The position numbers were made by a program, and so were the translations under genes. The notes below the pieces were generated by a model. The model ran no database searches. It had not been told where the DNA came from and saw only the letters and a program-made list of their open reading frames with translations. 64,000 bases of DNA, taken from an uncultured Gemmatimonadales bacterium. Its GTDB lineage: Bacteria; Gemmatimonadota; Gemmatimonadetes; Gemmatimonadales; Gemmatimonadaceae. The stretch lies in the NCBI GenBank assembly GCA_963793305.1, contig CAWBZV010000005.1:1248001-1312000 (forward strand). Reading direction: 5' to 3'. This document shows positions 8,936 to 17,934 of the stretch, piece after piece (positions within the stretch are counted from its first letter, which is position 1; each line of letters begins with the position of its first letter).

Positions 8936-9466
8936 ACTCTCGATCACTCCATTGCGTTGTTGACGCGTACACCCGCGGCACTCGACGCGCTGCTCCGCGA
9001 GCTCCCTGACGTTTGGACTCGGTTCGGAGAGGGGGACAAGACGTTCAGCGCGTTCGACATTGTCGGTCATTTGGCTCACTTGGAGCGCGTGAACTGGATG
9101 CCGCGCGCCCGCATGATCCTACAAGATGGCGACACGAAGACGTTTGAGCCATTCGACCGCTGGGGCCACATTCAGGAGTGCAAGGGCAAATCGGTCGCCC
9201 AGGTCCTCGACGACTTCGCGCAGGTGCGCGCCCAAAACCTGACCGAGGTGCGCGCGTGGCACTTGGGTCCGGAGCAACTCGCGCTCCGCGGTCGTCATCC
9301 CGCTTTTGGGACGGTCACGCTATCGGAATTGTTGGCAACCTGGGCGGCACACGACCTGACCCACCTGCACCAGATGACGCGCGTCATGGCCCACCAATAT
9401 CGCGATGCCGTCGGCCCGTGGGCCGCGTACCTCGGCGTCATGCAGTGCGAAGGCCACGGCGCCTAA
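8927..9466 (+). CDS. DinB family protein
   Basis: FSAFDIVGHL..NWMPRAR..WAAHDLTHLHQ His triad. Confidence 0.85.
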   Translation: MGHTLDHSIALLTRTPAALDALLRELPDVWTRFGEGDKTFSAFDIVGHLAHLERVNWMPRARMILQDGDTKTFEPFDRWGHIQECKGKSVAQVLDDFAQVRAQNLTEVRAWHLGPEQLALRGRHPAFGTVTLSELLATWAAHDLTHLHQMTRVMAHQYRDAVGPWAAYLGVMQCEGHGA

Positions 9467-10294
9467 AGGCGAAGCTCGGCCTCGATGATCGGCGTGACGT
9501 AACCGCCGACATTGATGTCACTGCCACTGAGGCGCACATGCAAGAGGCTCTTTCTGCCCATCTTGGTGCCTTGCTCGCTCACGAACCGCTGGGCATTGGT
9601 CATCTCGTGGCGTTGCATGTAGAGCGCCAGTGGCCCGGTCGAGCTGCCGGTCGCCGGATCTTCGACCACCCCATACTCGGGGGCGAACATCCGTGAGTAC
9701 GCGCCGGTTGCCGTCGGCGCAAACACGAACACGCACAAGTGATCCGGATAGATGCGCTGCGCGCTCGTCCACCGCGCGGTGTCCAGCGCGGCGCGGTCGA
9801 CCGTCGCCGCGTCCTTCACGGCGATGTAGAGCGTCGGATTGCCGGCGCTCAGCACCTGCGGCGTGGCATTGAGCAGATCGGCCGGCGCCAGCGTCAGCAG
9901 GGCGGCCGCGGTGGCCCGCTCGAGCGTCGGTCCATCCTTGATCGGCGGGGTGCGCAACCACAGCATGGCGCCATCGACGAATATCGGGACGACGCCGACG
10001 TTCTCCTCGACGCAGAAGTCACGCCCCTTGGACAGCAAGAACGCCGAACCAATCGTCGGATGTCCCGCGAATTCCATTTCCTTCCGCGGAGTAAAGATCC
10101 TGAGCCGCGCGACGCAATCGGGTCGGCGACTCGGCACAACGAACGCGGTCTCCGCGAGGTTCAACTCCAGGGCGATCCGCTGCATCGTGGCGGCGTCGAG
10201 GTTCTCCGCGTCCAGGAACACCGCCAACGGATTGCCTTCCAGCGGCGTCTGCGTGAAGACGTTCGACGACCTGATACCGATAGGATCGGGTCAT
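9463..10294 (-). CDS. PhzF family isomerase (one extra base at 10262-10263)
   Basis: LNLAETAFV, FAGHPTIG, EDPATGS; deleting one base restores MTRSYRYQVVDVFTQTPLEGNPLAVF (277 codons); ATGA overlap with the upstream gene. Confidence 0.88.
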
Positions 10295-11181
10295 GAGCAC
10301 GCCCTCGAGTGTGAAGGGGTCACGCCGAACGCGCTCTTCCACACCCGCCGCAACTGCCGCGCGTCGTTAAACCCGACCGTCTCGGCCACATGACTCACGG
10401 TCACATTCGGATCCTTGAGCAACGCCCGCGCGGCCTCGAGCCGGATCTTACTCCGGTACTCGGCGATCGAGAGCCCCGTCGACCTCCGAAACGCCCGCGT
10501 CAACGTCCGCGTCCCCATGCGCGCGATCGCGGCGAGCTCCGGGATCCGCGTCTTCCGGTCGACGTTGGCGATCAAGTAGTCCTGCACGCGGTGGACCCCA
10601 GAGTGCCCGTGCGTCCGATAGTCGAGCGACACGCCCTCCGCCGATTCCGAGCCATCGCGGCGCAACGGGACCACCATCTCCCGCGCGACGCAGGCCGCGA
10701 GCCGTGGCCCGAAGTGCTGCTCGACGAACCAGAGCGCGACGTCGATCCCCGACGCGACCCCCGCGCTCGTCGTGACCTTGCCATCGGCCACCAGGAGCCG
10801 ATCGCGCAACACATGCGCGGTTGGAAACCGGGCCTGGAGCTCGGCCAACAGCTTCCAGTGCGTTGTACAGTTGCGCTGCTCGAGAAGCCCCGCCTCACCG
10901 AGCGCGAACGCGCCACTATTGATGGCGCAGGTCTCGGCGCCGGTGGCGACGCTGTCCCGTAGCCAGTCGACCAGCTCGACCGGCGGTCGCGTCTCGTGCG
11001 TCGAGAAACCCGGCACGATGACCACGTCCCCGTCCGCGACCGTCGGTCTGGTCGATGCGATCGTGATCGCGTAGCGCGCCCCGCAGGCGTTCGCCTCGCG
11101 AAACGTCCGCATGGTCGCGGCGACGTCCATCGGCTCGCATTCAGGAAACACCGCGATAATGACATTGCGCGTCAATTCCAT
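10291..11181 (-). CDS. GlxA-type AraC regulator (DJ-1/PfpI + HTH)
   Basis: TTHW, TSAGVASGID, C-terminal AraC HTH. Confidence 0.88.
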   Translation of the reverse strand: MELTRNVIIAVFPECEPMDVAATMRTFREANACGARYAITIASTRPTVADGDVVIVPGFSTHETRPPVELVDWLRDSVATGAETCAINSGAFALGEAGLLEQRNCTTHWKLLAELQARFPTAHVLRDRLLVADGKVTTSAGVASGIDVALWFVEQHFGPRLAACVAREMVVPLRRDGSESAEGVSLDYRTHGHSGVHRVQDYLIANVDRKTRIPELAAIARMGTRTLTRAFRRSTGLSIAEYRSKIRLEAARALLKDPNVTVSHVAETVGFNDARQLRRVWKSAFGVTPSHSRACS

Positions 11182-12092
11182 ACAAAGCTCCGCCGAAAAG
11201 CCCAGTATTCGTCTGATGGTATGGTGAGTGGTGCCAGGAATTGCTCCAAGGCCGGATCCCACTGGATCGCGCAGGCGCGAAGATTCGACTCCAGTTGCGG
11301 GACGGTCGCCGCGCCGCTCAACACGATGTCGACCCACGGCCGCGCCAGCACGGCCGCCATCGCCACCGCGTCCGCACTGACTCCAAGTCGTTCACCGGCG
11401 GCCCGCACGCGATCGTGCTCGGTCAGCCGGCCATTGGCGAGCGCTTCTTTGACGACGACGTGAAGGCCCGCCGTGTGTGCCTCGCACAGCGCGCTCTCCG
11501 CGCCCCGCTCGAAGAGATTCCAGGTGGCCTGCACGACGTCGAACAGCCGCTCGCCGTCGCGGCGGACGTCGAGCGCCCGGCGGATGGCATCACTTTGACC
11601 TTCGCCGCTCACGGTGAGCCCGACCCGGATACCCATCGCCCGCAATCGCGCGAGCATATCGAGGACGTCCCGGTCGCGCAGCACCGGGCTCTCGGCCGTG
11701 ACCGAGTGGATCTGATAGATCGAGAGCTTCGCGCCGAGCTGGCCCCAGCTCTCGACGATTTGTCGCTGGAGTGTCGAGACCGAGTGGTCTTTGACTTCGG
11801 GGACCTTCGCGTCGACGCGCCAGTCGCCCGTGTAGGTGTATCCCCACTTCGACGCGATGGTGATCTCGCCGTTGTGCTTCGCCAACCACGAGCCCAGAAA
11901 CGCCTCGCCACGACCATACGACCTGGCGACATCGATGTATCGCACGCCGGCCGAGGAGGCCGCATCGAGCACGGCATGGGCGCGCGCCTCCATGACGGCC
12001 GGCTCATAGTGCCCATCGAGGTCGCGCCCGTGATGCAACGTCATGTAGCCGGGCCGACCCAGTGCCGCGAGCCCGAGGCCGATACGTTGCAT
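11172..12092 (-). CDS. Aldo/keto reductase
   Basis: IGLGLAALGRPGY, DVARSYG, SKWGY, YQIHS. Confidence 0.88.
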   Translation of the reverse strand: MQRIGLGLAALGRPGYMTLHHGRDLDGHYEPAVMEARAHAVLDAASSAGVRYIDVARSYGRGEAFLGSWLAKHNGEITIASKWGYTYTGDWRVDAKVPEVKDHSVSTLQRQIVESWGQLGAKLSIYQIHSVTAESPVLRDRDVLDMLARLRAMGIRVGLTVSGEGQSDAIRRALDVRRDGERLFDVVQATWNLFERGAESALCEAHTAGLHVVVKEALANGRLTEHDRVRAAGERLGVSADAVAMAAVLARPWVDIVLSGAATVPQLESNLRACAIQWDPALEQFLAPLTIPSDEYWAFRRSFVWN

Positions 12093-12147
12093 ACAATTAC
12101 GATTGTATGTATCTTGTATCGCCGATTGCATGGCCACAATATATAAC
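12090..12147. promoter_or_regulatory. Divergent promoter region with probable MocR-family operator
   Basis: Palindrome CATACAAT-TACG-ATTGTATG (12090-12109) plus further TTGTAT/TTGCAT half-sites. Confidence 0.6.
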
Positions 12148-13524
12148 ATGACAAACTGGAAACCGCGACTTGGCTTGAGGGCTGGACCCACCTACCGCGC
12201 CATCGCCGACGCCTTGGAGGCCGACGTCCGCGAGGGACGCCTCACGCCCGGCGATGCGCTCCCGACGCAACGCGATCTCGCCCGCGCGATCGGGGTCAAC
12301 TTCACCACGGTGACCCGCGGCTACGCGGAGGCGCGCCGGCGGGGGTTGATCAACGCCACGGTTGGCCGCGGCACGTTCGTGGCCAGTCCACAATCGCGTT
12401 CGACGCGGGACCACGACTTGAGCGTCAACACGCCGCCGATCCCCGACTGGTTGCCGGCCGCCTTCCGTGAGACGCTGACCCGTGTCGCGAGCGACCCGGC
12501 GCTCGCGCATCAGGTGCTGAGCTACGAGGTTCGCTTCGCCGATCAGCGCCCGCGCGACGCTGGCGCGATGTGGCTGCGCAGTCGCGGCCTCGATGCATCG
12601 GCCGACCGGGTCGTGGCATCGGCCGGGGCGCTCCATGGCCTCTCGTTGGTCTTGTCGACGTTCGTTCGCCCCGGACAGCGCGTGCTGACCGAGGCGCTCG
12701 CTTATCCGGGACTGCACAACGTCGCGGCTGCCGCCGGCGTGCGCCTCGTCGGTGTCGATATGGACGACGAGGGGCTGCGGCCGGACGCGCTCGAGGCGGC
12801 GTGCCGGCAGCATCGGCCGAAGATGCTCTGCTGCGTTCCGTCGTTGCAGAATCCGACCGCGGCCGTGATGTCGCTCGTGCGCCGTCGCGAGATCCTCACG
12901 GTCGCGCGGCGCTATGATCTCCGCGTTGTGGAGGACGACATCTGCGGGCCGCTGTTGCCTGAGCCGGCGCCGTCGCCACTCGCCGTGCTCGCGCCCGATC
13001 TGGTCACGTACGTCGGCAGTCTCTCGAAGTGCGTCGCGCCGGGTCTTCGCACGGCTTTCGTGCTGGCCCCGACTCCTGACGAAGCCGCGAAGCTCGACGC
13101 CACCCTCCGCGCGTCCATGCTGATGCTCTCGCCGCTGCCACTCGTTGTCGCGTCTGCTTGGATCGCCGACGGCACGGCCGAACGGGCGACCGCTGACATT
13201 CGCCGCGAGGCGACGGCGCGCGCCCAACTGGCCCGCGATATTCTCGGCGCCGATCGGGTCGTCGCGCCCGATGGCTCGCTCCACGGTTGGCTCGCCCTTC
13301 CACCCTCGTGGACCGTCGCCGCGTTCGTCGCCCTCGCCCAGCAGCGCGGGGTTCGCGTCACCCCCGCGGACTGGTACGTCACATCGCCGAGCGAGAATGT
13401 CCGTGCTCCCAGCGCGGTGCGTTTTACTCTTGGCGCCGAGCAGGACCGGCGCCGCATCGAGCACGCGCTCCGCACGCTCGCTTCGATCCTGGCGCAGCCG
13501 GCGGGTGACCGGACGTCGATATGA
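12148..13524 (+). CDS. MocR/GabR family regulator (GntR HTH + PLP aminotransferase domain)
   Basis: LPTQRDLA..TVTRGY..GRGTFV; LQNPT; SLSKCVAPGLR. Confidence 0.92.
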   Translation: MTNWKPRLGLRAGPTYRAIADALEADVREGRLTPGDALPTQRDLARAIGVNFTTVTRGYAEARRRGLINATVGRGTFVASPQSRSTRDHDLSVNTPPIPDWLPAAFRETLTRVASDPALAHQVLSYEVRFADQRPRDAGAMWLRSRGLDASADRVVASAGALHGLSLVLSTFVRPGQRVLTEALAYPGLHNVAAAAGVRLVGVDMDDEGLRPDALEAACRQHRPKMLCCVPSLQNPTAAVMSLVRRREILTVARRYDLRVVEDDICGPLLPEPAPSPLAVLAPDLVTYVGSLSKCVAPGLRTAFVLAPTPDEAAKLDATLRASMLMLSPLPLVVASAWIADGTAERATADIRREATARAQLARDILGADRVVAPDGSLHGWLALPPSWTVAAFVALAQQRGVRVTPADWYVTSPSENVRAPSAVRFTLGAEQDRRRIEHALRTLASILAQPAGDRTSI

Positions 13525-14009
13525 GCGCCTACACCGTTCGTCGCGCCGGCGTCGACGACGCGGCGGTCGTCGCCACGCACCGCGCGTTGATGTTCCGCGA
13601 TATGGGCCAGCTGCCGGACACCGATGTCCCATCGTTCGAGACCGGGATGACGCCTTGGCTCGCCCAGCGCATGGCCAGCGGGGAGTACATCGGTTGGGTC
13701 GTCGAGCACGAGGGCCAAGTGATAGCGGGTGGGGGCGTGCTGGTGCGCGACCTATGGTCGATGGCACCGCACATGCGCGTGCCAGGGAAGAATGCGCACA
13801 TCGGGAACGTCTACACCGAGTCCGCGCACCGCCGTCGTGGTGTCGCCCGACTGATCATGCAGACCATTCTGGACTGGTGTACCGCGAACGGGATCGATCT
13901 CGTGACCCTCTCCGCCTCACCCGACGGCCGTCCGCTCTACGAGACGCTCGGCTTCACGGCGGATACGAGGGCGATGCGCCTTTTCACGACGTCACGCGTC
14001 ACGTCGTGA
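13521..14009 (+). CDS. GNAT N-acetyltransferase
   Basis: NVYTESAHRRRGVAR, ASPDGRPLYETLGF; ATGA overlap. Confidence 0.88.
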   Translation: MSAYTVRRAGVDDAAVVATHRALMFRDMGQLPDTDVPSFETGMTPWLAQRMASGEYIGWVVEHEGQVIAGGGVLVRDLWSMAPHMRVPGKNAHIGNVYTESAHRRRGVARLIMQTILDWCTANGIDLVTLSASPDGRPLYETLGFTADTRAMRLFTTSRVTS

Positions 14010-14445
14010 AGAGCGTCTCAGCGAGTATGCGCCGCATGCCGAACGCCGCGAAGGCGTAGTTGCCTCCCGCGACTCCCCCGAGGCCAACCAATATGCCAAT
14101 GAAAGGGTTCACGAATACGCCGGCCAGTACCGCGAAGACAACGCCCATGATCACCAGCGGAGCAATGGACGCACGCACCTCGACGACCGTCGTCGTCCCC
14201 TGCGTTGTCGCGCGGACCTCGCGGCTCATGACCGCCGATAGCCATGATCGGCCGGTCGAAAAGGTGGGACCGAATCGCAACACCCCGTGCTCGTCATCGC
14301 GCGACACTTTGGCCTTCCAGCGCCCCAGTGCCGCGGTGGCCCGGTCGAGTGCTGTTGTCGGTGTGAGCTCGGTCGTGGGGGCGTTGCCGACGAAGCTCAC
14401 GGTGAGCGTTTTCCATCGAAATCGCGTCCGCGGGGGCGATATCAT
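13999..14445 (-). CDS. Hypothetical membrane protein
   Basis: Two C-terminal hydrophobic helices; start uncertain. Confidence 0.55.
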   Translation of the reverse strand: MISPPRTRFRWKTLTVSFVGNAPTTELTPTTALDRATAALGRWKAKVSRDDEHGVLRFGPTFSTGRSWLSAVMSREVRATTQGTTTVVEVRASIAPLVIMGVVFAVLAGVFVNPFIGILVGLGGVAGGNYAFAAFGMRRILAETLFTT

Positions 14446-14489
14446 GTAACTTGCGACTCGGTAAGCCAACCGTTACTCGAGGCGCGTCG

Positions 14490-15062
14490 ATGAGCTCTCA
14501 TCTCACAGTCCTCGCATTGGTGGTGATGTTTTGGCCTCCGGTGCTCCCCGTGCACAGGGTCTTTACGTTCATTCACCCGGGGCAGGGCGGGCGGGATACT
14601 CCCGCGCTCGTTCTTGTGCCTCGGCAGGAAGGAGGGACGGTTTACAAGCTAGAGTGTCATAATGGCAACTACAATGATGAGAGCGAGATGAGCTTCTCCG
14701 GCGATTTTCAGTGCGCGCTCTATGCGCTGCAAGGTGGTCGTGTGGCGAGCGGCAATCTGCTCGCCGATAGCACGCATGACCAGCAGACGAGCGACTGGCT
14801 GTTCAATCGTGGCCGGATGCTCTCGGTCCAACTGTCGGACCGTTGCGGGGCATATCCCGAATTCGGGCTCGTGCGCCATTTCCGCGTGAGAGGGATGCGC
14901 GTGACGTTGGAATTCGAGGACCTGCAGTGGTCGACATCGAATGGGCAGGAAGGACTCGACCAGTTTACGGTTGATCTGACGGTGGAACCCGATCTGGGCG
15001 CGCTGGCGGAGACATCAGAGATGGCGGGAGCGCCGAGGCCACCGACCGGTTGCGGTTGGTAG
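14490..15062 (+). CDS. Hypothetical secreted protein
   Basis: Hydrophobic N-terminus, 4 Cys, natural amino-acid composition. Confidence 0.6.
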   Translation: MSSHLTVLALVVMFWPPVLPVHRVFTFIHPGQGGRDTPALVLVPRQEGGTVYKLECHNGNYNDESEMSFSGDFQCALYALQGGRVASGNLLADSTHDQQTSDWLFNRGRMLSVQLSDRCGAYPEFGLVRHFRVRGMRVTLEFEDLQWSTSNGQEGLDQFTVDLTVEPDLGALAETSEMAGAPRPPTGCGW

Positions 15063-15067
15063 CGGCT

Positions 15068-16015
15068 CTATTTGCGGAGTTCCTTCACCCCAACGTTGAG
15101 CCGGCGGCGCAGCAACGCGCGCAGCGTCGCTCCATCCGCGTAGCCAACCCGCGCGGCAATTTCGTCGATGCTCGCGTCACTGGTCTTGACCAGATGCACG
15201 GCGCGCTCGACGCGGAGGCTCTGAAAGTACGCGAGCGGTGATTTGCCGAGGACGGCATGCGTTCGGCGCGCGAGCGTACGCTTGCTCGCGCCGACGGCCT
15301 TCGCCGCCTCATCGAGCGAGAACCCGCGCGTGAGTCGCTCTCGCGCCCAGGTCTCGAAGCGCAAGACGATCGCGTCGCTGTGAATCAAATGGTCCACCAA
15401 CGCATAGGCCGACTGCGACGCCCGGGAGTCGACGATGAGATACTTGGCCGTGAGCGCCGCCAGCTGCGGACTCACCCCGCGCACGATCCACAACGCCAGA
15501 TCCATGTGACTGAGCGCCGCGCCCGCGGTGACGAATCGCCCGGATCGCACGAGCATGTTCGACTCGTCGACCAGCACGTTCGGGTAGCGCGCCCGAAAGA
15601 GCGCCGCCAACCACCACGTCGTCGTCGCCCGATGATGATCGAGCAGCCCCGACTCGGCCATCACAAACGTCCCAATGCAAGCGGCCGTCATCGTGGCCCC
15701 CCGGCGCGCCCAGTGCCGTAGCGCGTCACACGCATCGGCGATGTCGGGCCGCGCCAGTGCAACCTCCAGCGGCCCGGGCATCTTGAATCCGATCGCGGGC
15801 ACGACGACACAATCGGGAGTGCCACCGCTGCCCAGCGGGACGCGCAGTCCCTGCGCCGTGCTCACGCGCCGTCGTACACCGACGATGCGCACCTCGAACC
15901 GCGGCACCGCCAATTCGGCCACGGCAATGAGCTCATTCGCCGTCTGAAAGGCATCGAGCACGGCCGAGAGCCCGAGATCGAACACGCCGTCGAGCACGAG
16001 CACGTTGATACGCAT
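15068..16015 (-). CDS. GlxA-type AraC regulator
   Basis: AACIGTF, ATTTWW, TAGAAL, AraC HTH. Confidence 0.88.
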   Translation of the reverse strand: MRINVLVLDGVFDLGLSAVLDAFQTANELIAVAELAVPRFEVRIVGVRRRVSTAQGLRVPLGSGGTPDCVVVPAIGFKMPGPLEVALARPDIADACDALRHWARRGATMTAACIGTFVMAESGLLDHHRATTTWWLAALFRARYPNVLVDESNMLVRSGRFVTAGAALSHMDLALWIVRGVSPQLAALTAKYLIVDSRASQSAYALVDHLIHSDAIVLRFETWARERLTRGFSLDEAAKAVGASKRTLARRTHAVLGKSPLAYFQSLRVERAVHLVKTSDASIDEIAARVGYADGATLRALLRRRLNVGVKELRK

Positions 16016-16027
16016 GTGGGCCCCCGC

Positions 16028-16102
16028 GGCCAAGAGCGGACAACTTTGGTCGTTCGCGCCTTTGCTTGGCAATAATGATACGAAACTTGACGTTCTTGCC
16101 AA
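16028..16102. promoter_or_regulatory. Tandem operator-like units between the GlxA regulator and the ABM gene
   Basis: Two similar units GGC..ACnA..TTG.CGTTC..GCC; inverted repeat TTGGCAA (16066) / TTGCCAA (16096). Confidence 0.5.
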
Positions 16103-16137
16103 TACCCAATGGTGCAGCGTCCGCCTACCATCCACTC

Positions 16138-16443
16138 ATGCCAAATCTCACTGTCGCCCTCTTCGCCCGCCTCGAGGCGAAGCCAGGCAAAGAGCAGGAA
16201 GTCGCCGCGTTCTTGGAGCAAGGGCTCCAGCTCGCCAACCAAGAAACCACCACCCCGGTTTGGTTCGCCTTGCGCCTGGGCCCAACCACCTTCGGCATCT
16301 TCGACGCCTTCAAGGACGAAGCCGGCCGCCAAGCCCATCTCACCGGCCCGATCGCCAAAGCGCTCATGGCCCAAGCCCCACATCTCCTTGCCACGCCCCC
16401 CGTGATCGACAAACTCGACGTGCTCGGCGCCAAGCTGCCATGA
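16138..16443 (+). CDS. Antibiotic biosynthesis monooxygenase (ABM) family protein
   Basis: ARLEAKPGKE..FGIFDAF..GRQAHL. Confidence 0.85.
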   Translation: MPNLTVALFARLEAKPGKEQEVAAFLEQGLQLANQETTTPVWFALRLGPTTFGIFDAFKDEAGRQAHLTGPIAKALMAQAPHLLATPPVIDKLDVLGAKLP

Positions 16444-17354
16444 CGGTATTGGGCTGCATTGGGAACACCTCGCTGGTCCAACTGCGAAGCGACCCTCGCA
16501 TCTTCCTCAAGCTCGAGAGCGAGAATCCCACCGGCAGCTTGAAGGATCGGATGGCGCTGGCGATGATCGAGGCGGCCGAAGCCGATGGCCGCCTCGGCCC
16601 TGGCGGCTCGGTGGTCGAGTACACGGCCGGCAGTACCGGCGTATCGCTCGCGCTCGTCTGTGCGGTCCGTCGCTACCCGTTGCACATCGTCACGTCGGAC
16701 GCGTTCGCGCCCGAGAAGCTCGCCCACATGGAGACACTTGGCGCCCAACTCACCATCATCCCGAGCCATGGCGCCGGCATGACCGCAAAACTCACGCTCG
16801 ACATGGTCGAAGCTGCGCGTGCCATCCGACAGGAGACCGGCGCGTTCTGGGCTGATCAGTTGAACAATCCGGCTCCGATCGTTGCCTATCACACAATGGC
16901 CGACGAGATCTGGCGACAGACGGAAGGGCGCATCGACGGGTTCGTGCAAAGCGTTGGCACCGCGGGTTCGCTGCGCGGCAACGCGGAACAGTTGCGCTGC
17001 CACAACCCAAACATCCGCATCGTGGCCGTCGAACCATCCGAGTCGCCAGTGCTGTCCGGTGGGAACACCGGCTCGCACAACATCGATGGCGTAGGTGCGG
17101 GTTTCGTCGTGCCGCTCTGGCGCCCTGACATCGCCAATGACATCGAACGCGTCTCGACGGTCGAGGCGAAGGCCATGGCGAAGCGACTCGCTCGCGAGGA
17201 AGGCCTGTTTCCCGGCACATCAACCGGCGGCAATGTCGTCGCCGCCGTGCGTTTGGCCGACCGCCTGGGACCAACGACAACGGTCGTCACGATCATGTGC
17301 GACACTGGCATGAAGTATCTGCACGCCGAGGGTACATTCCGGCAACTCAGATAG
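16440..17354 (+). CDS. Cysteine synthase family PLP enzyme
   Basis: IGNTSLV, ENPTGSLKDR (PLP Lys), DTGMKYL; ATGA overlap. Confidence 0.88.
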   Translation: MTVLGCIGNTSLVQLRSDPRIFLKLESENPTGSLKDRMALAMIEAAEADGRLGPGGSVVEYTAGSTGVSLALVCAVRRYPLHIVTSDAFAPEKLAHMETLGAQLTIIPSHGAGMTAKLTLDMVEAARAIRQETGAFWADQLNNPAPIVAYHTMADEIWRQTEGRIDGFVQSVGTAGSLRGNAEQLRCHNPNIRIVAVEPSESPVLSGGNTGSHNIDGVGAGFVVPLWRPDIANDIERVSTVEAKAMAKRLAREEGLFPGTSTGGNVVAAVRLADRLGPTTTVVTIMCDTGMKYLHAEGTFRQLR

Positions 17355-17364
17355 GACCCGGTGT

Positions 17365-17934
17365 GTGAGGTTCATGGCACTCGTAGGCCTCGTTGCCCGC
17401 ACGATGGCCGCGCAGACCGCAGATACCAGCGACGTGGTGTTCATGCAGGGGATGATCTCGCACCACGCCCAAGCACTGGCGATGGTCGCCCTCATCCCCT
17501 CGCACACGTCACGTCAGGAGATTCACCTCATCGGTGAACGCATCAGAATCTCGCAGCAAGACGAGATCGCCTTGATGCAGCACTGGCTGCAAGACCACCA
17601 CGAGCCAGTGACGATCGTCGATTCCAATTACACCGCGCACATGCCGGGCATGGAAGGCATGGCGATGATGATGCCCGGCATGCTGACGCCGGAGCAGATG
17701 ACGCAGCTCGCGCAGGCCAAAGGGCAGGCGTTCGATACCCTGTTCCTCAAAGGCATGATCGGCCATCACGAGGGCGCGATCCGGATGGTCAAAGACTTGT
17801 TCGCCATACCCGGCGCAGCCCAGGCGCCAGAAGTGTTCACCTTCGCCTCTGGCGCGGATGCCGACCAACGGGCGGAGATTCTTCGGATGCGTTCGGTGTT
17901 GAACGCGATCTCCAATGGAGGGAGCAAGTCGTGA
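17365..17934 (+). CDS. DUF305 domain protein
   Basis: FMQGMISHHAQA and FLKGMIGHHEGA paired HH motifs; Met-rich linker. Confidence 0.88.
   Translation: MRFMALVGLVARTMAAQTADTSDVVFMQGMISHHAQALAMVALIPSHTSRQEIHLIGERIRISQQDEIALMQHWLQDHHEPVTIVDSNYTAHMPGMEGMAMMMPGMLTPEQMTQLAQAKGQAFDTLFLKGMIGHHEGAIRMVKDLFAIPGAAQAPEVFTFASGADADQRAEILRMRSVLNAISNGGSKS

Noticed and set aside
9463..10294. Phenazine biosynthesis
   Set aside because: This is a lone PhzF-family gene with no phzA/B/D/E/G; the family is widespread outside phenazine producers.
12097..13767. Long antisense or alternate-frame ORFs (also 26779-28596, 49187-50971, 60399-61880, 61564-63111)
   Set aside because: These are Arg/Ala/Pro-rich shadow frames of well-supported genes, expected at high GC.
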